In this document: one piece after another, positions 29,101 to 35,430 of the stretch
Numbering within the stretch: position 1 is the first letter of the stretch
How the letters are laid out: every line of letters starts with the position of its first letter
DNA from: a virus
Length of the DNA: 64,000 nt
Virus record (IMG/VR): IMGVR_UViG_3300032246_002986
Coordinates: 22,541 to 86,540 of that record
Direction: 5' to 3' (one strand)
The notes under the pieces: generated by a model
Database searches by the model: none
What the model was told of the DNA's origin: nothing
Seen by the model: the letters and a program-made list of their open reading frames with translations, nothing else
Made by a program: the position numbers and the translations under genes

Positions 29101-31599
29101 GTCTCCATCAGAAAGTTGTTTAACGGGCACCAGGTTGATTTGGCTAGCTGTGTTGTCCAGATAAAATTCGGTGGCTCTGGGAATGTCTACTACCAGGTTG
29201 TTGCTTAAATAGACCAGATTATTGACTGTGTCCACGTATTTGACAGTGGCAGTGATGTTATTGCCAAAAATATTAGTGATTTCTGTACTGGTATTGGTAT
29301 CCATACAATAGCTGTATACTTTTTGTCCTTGCACTATGTTATTAACATCATAGACACTGATGACATTCGTACCCGCTGTGCTGTAATTATAAGTTGGATC
29401 CGTGGTATATGTGGCAGCGTTTACGTTGCGACTATAGTAGCTGGTTATCCGATAGACTGTCTTCCTTACCTCTGGATCGTGATCATTAGCAAACACCACT
29501 GTCAAACCATCCAGCAATTCTATACCGTCGGTGTCGAACACACCATCTGTATTGATGGCTCCGCTGTTCAAACCTTCCACTTCCAACATAGCATTGTTTA
29601 TTTTAGTGTCAATTACTGTGACAGGACCTGCAAAGTTATCTCCGTAATTGAACAATTTAAGATCAGGCAGGAATTCGATGACAGGTCTTTTGGCCTGATC
29701 AGCACTGTCGAAAACAAAAACCTGGTTGGAAACATCTGCTGCATATTGCAAAACATCACGATGGAACCAGCGATTGTTACGGCTCCAAGGATTGCCGTCT
29801 CTGCTGCTGCGATTGATCACCATGTAATCTTTTTGTGTAGGAGCATTGAGAGTGGCATCGAAGTTACCAGCATCATATGTGGTATCACTGAAGTAGTCAC
29901 TGATGTTGTTGTTGATAATTTCCGGGGTGACTAGATCTTGCCAAGGTATCAATTTGATGCCTTTGCCCACTTGTTCTACCACGTACTCATTATCCTGGTA
30001 AGACTTGGGATAGACGTTGCCTGTGAATTTAATTTTCAGTCCGCTGGTGAATTTCACACCATTGGGACTGATATATTGATCTCTGCCCAAGATCTGGTTG
30101 ATGTTCAATTGGGCACTGCTGCCGCTATCAACCAGGTTGATCACTCCATATATCAGGGGATTATCCGCATCCTGATAGTAAAGCGTATCCACGTTGGCTG
30201 TGAGATTGGGGAATGGCAGGACCTGACCACTGCTGTTCTTGTAGCAGTACAGATGCCCATATTTGGTTCCCTGGTTGACGAAAGTCTTATATTCATTAGG
30301 CCAGCCCGTTTCATAGGTCAATTTGATTTTTCTGAAATCAGGATTGGGTAGCTGGTTGTAAAAACCCACGAATACACCTGTGTTGGTCACTGTGGCAGGT
30401 TGGCTCAATACCAGAGTGGTAGTTCCTGCCCCGCTCACCACAGTGGTACTTGGCACTATGCCCTGACCGTATATGGCCTGACCGTTGACGATTCCGGTGC
30501 TGCTGGCAACTGTGATAGTGTTTGTGCTCAACAGCGTGGCAGTGGTGCTTGCTATCAGGCCACTCAATATGGTGGGATTGCTGTTGGTGACTACACGCCA
30601 GATTCCTGTGCGTTGTTCCTGTGGCACATCTGCCCAGGTATCCGCATAAGGAACATTGATATAGATCAATTTGTTGTCAAAGCTACGCACACCATCCATA
30701 TTGTACTGGGTGATGAAATCATCGTAATTTTGATCCTGCATCTTGTTGTAGGGCACATCCACGATCATATCGATTGTCAGGATATCAGGTAGGTTTAACA
30801 GTCTATCCTGTGCATCTTTAGTAGGCACATTGAAAATCAGGGTACCCTGATCCTGTCCGTTATTGACCACGCCCAGAACATCACGTGGGTTGATGTTGCT
30901 TTGTACAGTGCTAGTGCCAGTGGTGCCTATTTCGCTCTGGATCCAGAATCGGTGCCCTGGCTGATTCAATGCAAAAGTGTATTTGCCACCTCGTTGTAAT
31001 GTTATAGTGGGATTGGTGCTGCCTGTGTAGCTGCTGATGTTATAACCGCTTTTGCCGATGCTTGCGCTCTGTACTTCAGTCTCATCGGTGGTCACATAAC
31101 TGATGCGGTCCACAGTGAAATTCTTTTCCAGAGGCACACCTGCCGCTGTGACATCCACTGTGAGCGGGCCATTGGGAACCCAATAATATTGCCTGTAATT
31201 GGTCAGCTTGTCCAGATCCACGAAGCCATCATAATTGTAGTACTGGTTAGTGAACAGGCGGCTGTGATCGTTGTTCAGGCCACCGTTGCTGCTCAACTGG
31301 TTCAGCAATTCAGGATAGCTGTATACATTGTCTATCTTGTAGGTATTGCTATTGAATTGTTTCTTTTTGACTATTACGCCTGGCTCTAACTGGTAAAATT
31401 GGCTGTAACTGTCTGCTTCCCCGATGTAATAATCGTTCTTGTCATATATGGTGCTCTGATCTTGTTGACCGATATATCCGAATATCTTTTTGAGACTGGG
31501 TTCCTGTATCAGTTGATCCACTGTGGCATTCAACAGTCTCTGATTAGTCGCAGTACGAAAAACACTGGGTAGAAATTCGGAACTTTTACGCTTTGCCAT
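17101..31599 (-). CDS. Giant (4832 aa) virion structural protein, probable baseplate wedge/scaffold
   Basis: Uninterrupted 14.5-kb ORF directly after the gp6-like gene; FG-GAP-like propeller motifs (FGTSI...VVGAP...GQVFVY), G.TTTF repeat modules, SSGTGYT...GATA module. Confidence 0.8.
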   Translation of the reverse strand: MAKRKSSEFLPSVFRTATNQRLLNATVDQLIQEPSLKKIFGYIGQQDQSTIYDKNDYYIGEADSYSQFYQLEPGVIVKKKQFNSNTYKIDNVYSYPELLNQLSSNGGLNNDHSRLFTNQYYNYDGFVDLDKLTNYRQYYWVPNGPLTVDVTAAGVPLEKNFTVDRISYVTTDETEVQSASIGKSGYNISSYTGSTNPTITLQRGGKYTFALNQPGHRFWIQSEIGTTGTSTVQSNINPRDVLGVVNNGQDQGTLIFNVPTKDAQDRLLNLPDILTIDMIVDVPYNKMQDQNYDDFITQYNMDGVRSFDNKLIYINVPYADTWADVPQEQRTGIWRVVTNSNPTILSGLIASTTATLLSTNTITVASSTGIVNGQAIYGQGIVPSTTVVSGAGTTTLVLSQPATVTNTGVFVGFYNQLPNPDFRKIKLTYETGWPNEYKTFVNQGTKYGHLYCYKNSSGQVLPFPNLTANVDTLYYQDADNPLIYGVINLVDSGSSAQLNINQILGRDQYISPNGVKFTSGLKIKFTGNVYPKSYQDNEYVVEQVGKGIKLIPWQDLVTPEIINNNISDYFSDTTYDAGNFDATLNAPTQKDYMVINRSSRDGNPWSRNNRWFHRDVLQYAADVSNQVFVFDSADQAKRPVIEFLPDLKLFNYGDNFAGPVTVIDTKINNAMLEVEGLNSGAINTDGVFDTDGIELLDGLTVVFANDHDPEVRKTVYRITSYYSRNVNAATYTTDPTYNYSTAGTNVISVYDVNNIVQGQKVYSYCMDTNTSTEITNIFGNNITATVKYVDTVNNLVYLSNNLVVDIPRATEFYLDNTASQINLVPVKQLSDGDTVVAMEGTVRQGQVYKFLNNEYIACQQKTSRPQFPLFDILDNDSISLSDTGAYPSSNFAGSYLFNYAIGTGSRDTELGFPLVYKNIGNIGDIVFENYYNTDLFNYNYNKADTVKNINMGYAAIINGYDNYKFANGWKSVTDKSKQYICKTIDVTELQTNNFDLDVKYSNSYFENNLFVYVNSKLKAQNTDYTIKTSNTSCVITFATALVPTDRVFIKIFGSSLNYKQDYSIPKNLNFNSGNEDLTQVTLGDLRNHLIEIGNNSLEMTGSAAGSNNFRDINYTNIGGKLLQHSASLRPAALMLANQDADPAKAIVFAAQSYQNFKYQFIDYLNNNQFPNSSNYKDCVDIILQNFNQNSMITSNYYYTDMVAFGNSYIINQYTIANTTYRTFNLTNSYASKPYGYQAVLIYLNDVLLVKDRDYSLVNYTLTLLDSLTIVRNDVLKVHEYTTTAGCSVPATPTKLGLYPKFIPEIRTDDTYSSGAQQVIVGHDGSITVAYGDYRDYILLEYEKRVYNNIEVSYQNNSNFDLPSVVPGAFRKTDYSLAEWTQLLATSYLTWASNNKVNVFENTLQALVKTSDLFSFNYSKATDKLFKDTVPGYWRGIYQYFYDTDRPHTHPWEMLGFSIKPTWWEAYYGPAPYTGQNLSLWKDLEAGKVYNGNPSASYIDTRYSRPGLTKIIPVDEHGNLLPPLQSIVTSYDDSTAADNWRIGDQSPQETAWRRSSDYPFAVQLAWMLARPAEYCALKYNTRDLVYNSKLDQIINVANNNRMFDFKLSSPSEYVPGLNIWIQERLTYLNLDSQSHWTDVVENSTFNLVYKMAGFTDKSYLTVVADQVSPQSSNSSILIPAENYELIVSKSAPVSRAVYSAVIIQKTASGFQINGFDKERPYFLVIPSRVTNNNYTITSGSERAIVYQDSYDSVTSYPYNTIFTSQQQVVDFLISYGRYLENQGFVFDNLLPDNATISDFTLSAKEFLFWNQQNWGSSTVISLTPAGTKLGFNSPFGIVDKITNDHNYTKVIDSDGVVLTGRDYRVYREDNYFNINLKNQQKGIHLLDIAVVQYEHCLVFDNKTVFNDVLYEEKIGSRQFRLRLDGAKTSEWNGSLYAPGFLINHVPVEQWASFTDYYKGDIVLYKNQYYAAQNFIPGNKKFTASNWYQINGDMLNKQLMPNMASQAAQFTNFYDSDSPDLNTTADRQSKHAFGFQDRQYFTDLGMDRTSQYKFYLGMIKQKGTQAVMNAFLRNSQNRLNTDLEIKEQWAVKIGSYGGISNREKIEFSLANSKVINNNYLFEFVSQTDQRSDIYNSVKYTDLLIKPKSYTLEPFTAITAPKENYASAGPVQLTDVNATVFDINKIYNISKLNTILSEGSKIWIAADSSNQWGVYRLSANGNVKVINVNQTSPTEITFITDIPHKLVVLDYVMLKNAKTGSSSTTAGVIDLSGFYRVTRATNTSFTVKITNNSTVSSGSLNANVYKLTNVRFSNVQDFTYKTPVRGWLTGEIVYIDNGDEFVVKQNKANWIYSETHSPTYSVPADQFGTSIRINTSESITVVGAPDKGFGGQVFVYNKDQSGNWREISSLDPGQGQGGVTYTSTKLYGNTGNGTYTTFILPNGASTSNTLVSVGGNIVTSANYTINSPNVLVFNSAVSNGANIFVKIFSQVSNNINVGGSGFGTNLDINDNNLVAITAPKYNSKGSVYVAIANSQAIILDQVIHYDNYNYLTTGVTSTSNANILLANTSSLTGLANGMAILGSGIPANTYINNLWPGGTNLYSIIGINNTATIAAGTRLTIYPNLAPGSTFGTDVIMSSDGSWMYVSDVVTNNVWSYKYKKVTSNVSYRIGTGATSEFAFPNDALNQSLTARDVKITVDGILQIPDVDYYKTPDADSITFYYPPANAAAIHLTYSSWFKEVGLLDQDKLESISLGTSISTNSDGSLLLVGDPDHSYTRDVIYNKNGQAYLFARSAEKYVANGNVSTFTTVSNISDPTVYVDGVVSGFTYNAANNFISLANVPDTDSIVKIDTNQLVLKNTLYPDSGQEKMNFGQKVAVCPTGCSYYVSAPNFNNTTTNNGIVYRFVDVGRQYGSVTGTVSTLSEQFTGSKISINDFIVTFTGNTIASAVNDINQANIRGVVASISSSGYIKIDSTDTTSNNKLDIRNVPVAGQELINTVGQLGLSPVKLVQKIFSPLNQDTERFGEKLNLNYWGNSLVIGATLSNNRLTTTFDNNLTSFDRFSLRYYDTIYRSGAAHLYEYQQSLTETADDIGNFAYASLISTKTISSLDRFSTGIDIGKQYIVVGAPNGKTLGNPTGVMHVYYNKTSTPNWQTIRQSKTKHDSSLITRIYLYNTTTGLLIKELPIVDIFQNKLPNSMESYIDYSVNYDPATYSNVPTTVSFAFDKKNNWGPEKVGSLWWDTNSIKYYDYTQGSTLDQFNTWSLAFPNSTVSIYEWIESDLIPSDYAAKNPLSPPLYTVNNVYSTKVVIDTKTGLPVTRYYFWVRNSLRVRPGQSRPTALEIQNTIANPKNTQDAFATVINSGSFAIYNAASLINNDTNVVVEYKTINNPKPVHVEWTLFDDGTDLGVAEEFLNKLNDSLANQDSGTRMVPDPALSLNEKYGIDLRPRQNIFKDSFTARKFYIEQLNAICTEFPIVLTRNKAVESLDYVDAEPIADTYTVKVNNNEELEFLNKNEYLIDDLALVSDDITAKGWAVYKLVSDAVGTRSWSLYKVQKFNVNNYWSYKDWYSTKYNDSIVFDYILDTERDLSNINLKVGQIIYIKNSTSNGWKIVLINNNNIELIAQQNGTIEFATSLYDQVSAGFGYQTASLEASGFASDNNIEFRHIFEVVQNQLLIAEYRSKFKNLIKIMIDTAANQHLQNDWLFKTSFVDIYHRVRGLDKLPVYLPQPETIVTDFFQEVKPFHTKLKQYVAKYDNKNSPDYANTGVSDFDLPSYYNTTSKTYRSPQLGNSLDTNLIETKAIYQPWNNNHKYQVIRIDVVSSGTGYTGSTTVKVIGDGTGATATVEILNGGVYTVNVTNMGKDYTYAQVVVYGLGTGAKVVPILGNNVARSFDTTIKFDRYTYFNNIQDWQADTTYSIDTVVVNNFEPYRVIANHTSTEKFDFTKFLPLKVKVWYPYTDYDAHDIIIYNRASYVAEINKVTTYTTDSVKTSYPIDQTNNTNSILVTNDNIIVTLNSTALTENIDYVIIRDNINSPNVVFFTAPASAGTLSINYKLASVFTSKNVFDMEYLSAYNGLWLDNACDRIWSYYSPTLGQAGKDLAQLMTGIHYGGVNVLGPVFVATPNYDIVNFDTKTYDVQTKDISGVYDTAGNYEEDTNIISSYTDSKLGLRPEDIIVLGGEYVDTYSSHAPEELVPGIMSDTLDIKVRTLAGSGGPEIKVFSTGASKGVLSYSFDPAVTGVSWPQSGIEKILVFNDNSGPKGNPQAENTDFTIDWYNKTVDFTTSPQDGDGLYFIMLGSTGVNPVYDLNLYADGAETDFDLTDNVLSDVQQAYVKVNGSKVNNWQLVNKLTNGRKILSVRFDTPPAENDFVQIHLYNLALGTRAYTEITEQTFVVNSSSPSYASDYTFYLSNPAEYVDPIGAYTIVRLNQNDLIPSQQSYYIGDAITTTFTLTDSYVKDYSIVISDDIVVVVDGVTKVDTIDYTLNKRSVTVGSVTTWYVDVVFTTAPALNSKITIGDYSSADYRIYGNNTLILSNRITLNQYDVVTAVTMGNHDVTGLYTKIFSGSTNTTTVIDLGFDNNGFESPFDNELNTVAILNSTFTLPVPVYNYNQLYITLKDPNTTGGYNLSPYSEYYLQTPTKLILSDDLGVSSNSTIVVRIFASDTRQNAVEFRIFKDIQDNTKYYAVKPNKTTYLKQDLNLTDTWMYVDDVSKLQNPDASNNLPGIVFVNGERIIYGYSDRINNRLGNLRRGTAGTGAATVHQAGTLVQDTGSFMEIPNSQDTIITADKDILLSNGYNNTRLIANGSVFTQGVMFVNPGESILTSNKTQAAFLRTS

Positions 31600-31608
31600 T
31601 TTATTACC

Positions 31609-34600
31609 TTAATACGTGATGCTGCTGAGATTAATACCAGCACTGTTGATACCACTTAGAACACCGCTGACAACCTGGACGTTGTCCACAGTAGCACAAT
31701 TAATGAAGATTTCGTTGGGTAGACATCTGATTTCATACAAGCTACCGAAGTTCGCAGTGATGTCCACTGGCACCAAGATGATGCTGCTGAGATGTCCGTC
31801 CATTTTTTGATGGATATATGCACTCAATTCGCTGAAATAAAATGTGCTACCGAAGTCCCAATTTTCCAATGCGAAGTAGTTATTGATAGTATCGATGACT
31901 CGGCTTTTCAATTCCGTGTCACTGATAGTGGTGCCTGGGCTCTTGATGATCTGGAAATTGGCCTGTAGGCTTTTGGCGGATTTGCTGCCGAACAACAGCT
32001 TATACACACCGGCATTCAGGATCATCTCATCGCTCAACATCTTGTACTGGAATAGATCGCTGTAGCTGTTGTTGAGAGTTGTGGTATCCAGATCTGCTGG
32101 TTTGCTAACAGTACCTGTCAGATCCAGAACATAGTTTCTGTATTGCTCGTCATAACTGCGTGTGAGGATGTAGGTGTCGATCAGATTGCTGGGGGCAGGA
32201 TCGATTCTTCTTGTGTTTTCTGCATTGTGCTGGTATTCGAATACCAGATTTTGTCTACCACTGAATGCCAGATATTCATCAGATACATCTGTGAGGGAGT
32301 TCACTGCATTCGTGGTAGTGATCTGCCAAAACTTCTTGTCGGTTGTAGCATATAGCGTTTTGCCAGCTGAGAAATTATTACGCACAGTCAGGATATCGCT
32401 ATATGTCTTATATGTGTAATTTACCACACCCAGATCCTGCAGGCTATATCTCACCAAGTTGTCTATATCCACGTATTTTTTAAAAAATACCTTGCCAGTG
32501 CCTGCATTGAGATTGGTGAATATCTCGGGATCGTTGGGCAGGTTACTGAGATTGTTAACAGGATAGGTAACTTCCACCCTGGTGCTGTCCAGATATCCAT
32601 CAGATTCTATGATGTTTTTGTACACGTTGACGTTTATGTCGTTGAGCAACAAAGTATTGACACTCAAGATCCTCACATTGTCTTTGACCAGAGTATTGGT
32701 GCTGCTGTCATACACTTTGGTAGGGTTGGTGTTGATGAAGGCTACCTGCCTGCTGCTACCGAAAACGAAATCTTGTTGACGGTAAGTCACGGTGTATTTG
32801 ACACCATCCGTGTTGAATTTGAACAACCAACTGCTGTCGCTGCTGCCATATTGGCTGTTGAGATCGAAGTTGTTGTCACTGACTTTATTAATGGGGATGA
32901 TAGTCCAAGGATCTGTGACACTGCTGGTTTTAGCGTAATCGTAAACCAGCGCGAATTCTGTCTTGTTTATGATGTAATTGGTCAGCGTGTTGATGGTGGT
33001 TATCTGGAAATTGGTGCTCCAGGGAGCATATACTTTTTCCAATATAGCACCAGTGGGGATATTATCGCTCAGCGTCACAGCGCCTATGTTACGTCCAGCT
33101 ACCAGGACAGTAGTGGCACCTGTACCAGTGACGCTCTGTATATTGGTCCAGATGTACTGTTTGTCGGTCTCCAATGTGATAGCACCCTGAATTAGCGTAT
33201 TGTTCACATCAAAATAGTAACCAGTGGGCGCACTGAATTTAACCAAACTGCCCACTTTCAGATATTGTCGCACACTCGTGGTGCTGGATCCTATGGGCAT
33301 TATAGTTTTACTGGCGTCTAAAAAGAAACCTGTGCAACTGCTTACATCATTGGTACTGCGGCTCCAAGTAGTGAATGCCAGAGTGGGCATATACAGCGGA
33401 GTGTAATTTTCATAATAGAAGTGTTTTGTAGGGTTGCTGTTGAGCAAAGGCATTATGTTGTTGTCTATAACAGCCAGGATATCGTTCCTGCTGGTATATG
33501 TGAAATCGAAGCTCTGCAGATAGTTATTTTTGTAAAACACACCATCCTTGGCATAGATGTCGGTGCTGCTATATTTTCCAGTGGGATCAGTGATGTCCAA
33601 TCCACGGCTGACGCCACTGGCAAAACGGTTGACGCTCTTGACTTTAACTATATCGCTATAAGTGGTGTAGGGCAGGATGTTGTAATCTTCTCCGTTGACC
33701 ATACGATTCTGGGTATAATAAGCCTGCGGTGCCTTGGCTTTGATCTCATTTGTCAAATCCCTGCGGCTGCTGTTGCTGACAGTGTATTGCAAGCTGGCGT
33801 TGATGGTCAGTGTTTCTGTCCTGCCCAGCTTGCTCACATAAGGTATGGCCACTGTGACGCTGCTCATATCGCTGGGGCTGATGCGGTATGTCTGTCCATT
33901 GCTGATACGGTAATACACACGATAGTTGCCCAGTGGAATGTCAGCGAAACTGCCATCGCCGAATACCAGATCGATCTGATCGTTGATCCTGGTGTTTACG
34001 CTGTACAATGTGCGTATTCCACGAGCAGTGCTGTTGTAGATGGCATTGCTGCCAGCGGTGCTGGGTACCTGTGTCCACTGGTTACCTATAGTGCTATTAT
34101 TGATTTCATACATCCAGATATCATTGTTATTGATATTCTGGTTGTTGATGCTGAACACACGATTGGCTACTTTTTCCGTGATGCTGAAATCCAGGCTGGT
34201 CAATGTGCCTTGTTTGAAATACAAGAAAAATCCAGTGTTGGGACTGCTGTTGCCACGGCTGTCATTCTGATATACGAAGCCAAATTGTCCACGTGTGCCA
34301 GGATCCAATTCGCTGATGGTGTCAGTGGTCAATATGCTGGCACTCAACACTTCGAAATTCATGGTGTTCTGGGCTACTAGACTGCTGAATCCGAACACAG
34401 GCAGTATGGTAGTGGGCACAGCAACATTATATTGCTCTGTACGCACACCATTGATTGTCTTGTTTGCATAGGGTTTGCCGATCTTTTGACCGCTGCCCAG
34501 TGCAGCATTGAACACTTGGGTCATCTGGCCTGCCCAATTGGCATTGTTGGCATCGTTCCACACGATGTTCACACGGCTCAGATTCTGGTTATTGATGTCT

Positions 34601-34983
34601 GTGATGCTTTCAGTGGTGTTGATGCTCTGTATCTTTAAAAATCCACTGGCGCTGCGATTGCGGCTGGGATTATAATTCAACTGTTTTACCAGTTTCAATA
34701 CACTGTCGCGTCTTTCAGCCGTTTCCAGGAAATTTTCTCTGGCATTCAAATCGGTCCTGAACGCGATACTTTGTGCAGTGAATGCTATCAGATCCAACAG
34801 TGCCACATATTCTGAACTTTCGATGAAGTCGTTGAAATCTTCAGCATAATAGGTCTTGATGTAATCTATCATGACTTTTCTGATAGTTTCAAAGTCATAA
34901 CTCTGGAAATCTGCTTCACTAAAAGTGGTGTAGATTTTCTTCCAGTCTTCAGTCGCGAATATGTTGGTTTGTCTAGTTGCCAT
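31609..34983 (-). CDS. Baseplate wedge subunit, T4 gp6-like
   Basis: DFETIRKVM...DFIESSE..ALLDLIA...ENFLETAERRDSV..L...LNY; KAPQAYYTQNRMVNGEDY; follows gp25-like gene. Confidence 0.8.
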   Translation of the reverse strand: MATRQTNIFATEDWKKIYTTFSEADFQSYDFETIRKVMIDYIKTYYAEDFNDFIESSEYVALLDLIAFTAQSIAFRTDLNARENFLETAERRDSVLKLVKQLNYNPSRNRSASGFLKIQSINTTESITDINNQNLSRVNIVWNDANNANWAGQMTQVFNAALGSGQKIGKPYANKTINGVRTEQYNVAVPTTILPVFGFSSLVAQNTMNFEVLSASILTTDTISELDPGTRGQFGFVYQNDSRGNSSPNTGFFLYFKQGTLTSLDFSITEKVANRVFSINNQNINNNDIWMYEINNSTIGNQWTQVPSTAGSNAIYNSTARGIRTLYSVNTRINDQIDLVFGDGSFADIPLGNYRVYYRISNGQTYRISPSDMSSVTVAIPYVSKLGRTETLTINASLQYTVSNSSRRDLTNEIKAKAPQAYYTQNRMVNGEDYNILPYTTYSDIVKVKSVNRFASGVSRGLDITDPTGKYSSTDIYAKDGVFYKNNYLQSFDFTYTSRNDILAVIDNNIMPLLNSNPTKHFYYENYTPLYMPTLAFTTWSRSTNDVSSCTGFFLDASKTIMPIGSSTTSVRQYLKVGSLVKFSAPTGYYFDVNNTLIQGAITLETDKQYIWTNIQSVTGTGATTVLVAGRNIGAVTLSDNIPTGAILEKVYAPWSTNFQITTINTLTNYIINKTEFALVYDYAKTSSVTDPWTIIPINKVSDNNFDLNSQYGSSDSSWLFKFNTDGVKYTVTYRQQDFVFGSSRQVAFINTNPTKVYDSSTNTLVKDNVRILSVNTLLLNDINVNVYKNIIESDGYLDSTRVEVTYPVNNLSNLPNDPEIFTNLNAGTGKVFFKKYVDIDNLVRYSLQDLGVVNYTYKTYSDILTVRNNFSAGKTLYATTDKKFWQITTTNAVNSLTDVSDEYLAFSGRQNLVFEYQHNAENTRRIDPAPSNLIDTYILTRSYDEQYRNYVLDLTGTVSKPADLDTTTLNNSYSDLFQYKMLSDEMILNAGVYKLLFGSKSAKSLQANFQIIKSPGTTISDTELKSRVIDTINNYFALENWDFGSTFYFSELSAYIHQKMDGHLSSIILVPVDITANFGSLYEIRCLPNEIFINCATVDNVQVVSGVLSGINSAGINLSSITY

Positions 34984-35001
34984 TTTTTAATTCACCCAGT
35001 G

Positions 35002-35008
35002 TATTTAT
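35002..35008 (-). promoter_or_regulatory. T4-like late promoter box (ATAAATA)
   Basis: About 18 nt upstream of ATG 34983. Confidence 0.6.
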
Positions 35009-35031
35009 TAGCTGAATTATATGCTCAGTTA

Positions 35032-35418
35032 TTAAATCACATACAATTTTTTTGTCTTGCTATCGAACAAAACATTGAGAGCTGCTTGTTTGTTATCTGG
35101 AGAGAATGTCAACTGGAAATTGAGCACCAGTCCACGACCATCCGGAGACTCTTGCACAGTGGTGTTTTGCACCACACTAAATCTGGGATCATAACTGATT
35201 ATGCTGTCTATATTGGCTTTTATTTCTTGTTTGAGCGCATTTGTCAGTGGATCAAAAAGGCGATCCCATATGATACAACCGAAATCGGCTTTCATTAGTT
35301 TCTCGCCTTTCTTAATCTGCAGGTGATTCAAAAGGTCTTGTACTATCAGATCGTTATCCGATACCCTGTAGCTTCCGAAGTCTCTGTTTACTGTGCTGTA
35401 ACCGCGATATAATGACAT
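35032..35418 (-). CDS. Baseplate wedge subunit, gp25-like
   Basis: YRGYST...DLIVQDLLNHL..KKGEKLM..DFG..IWDRLFDP...YDPR. Confidence 0.85.
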   Translation of the reverse strand: MSLYRGYSTVNRDFGSYRVSDNDLIVQDLLNHLQIKKGEKLMKADFGCIIWDRLFDPLTNALKQEIKANIDSIISYDPRFSVVQNTTVQESPDGRGLVLNFQLTFSPDNKQAALNVLFDSKTKKLYVI

Positions 35419-35422
35419 ATGA

Positions 35423-35429
35423 TATTTAC
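35423..35429 (-). promoter_or_regulatory. Possible late promoter box (GTAAATA)
   Basis: TAAATA core 4 nt upstream of ATG 35418. Confidence 0.4.
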
Positions 35430-35430
35430 C

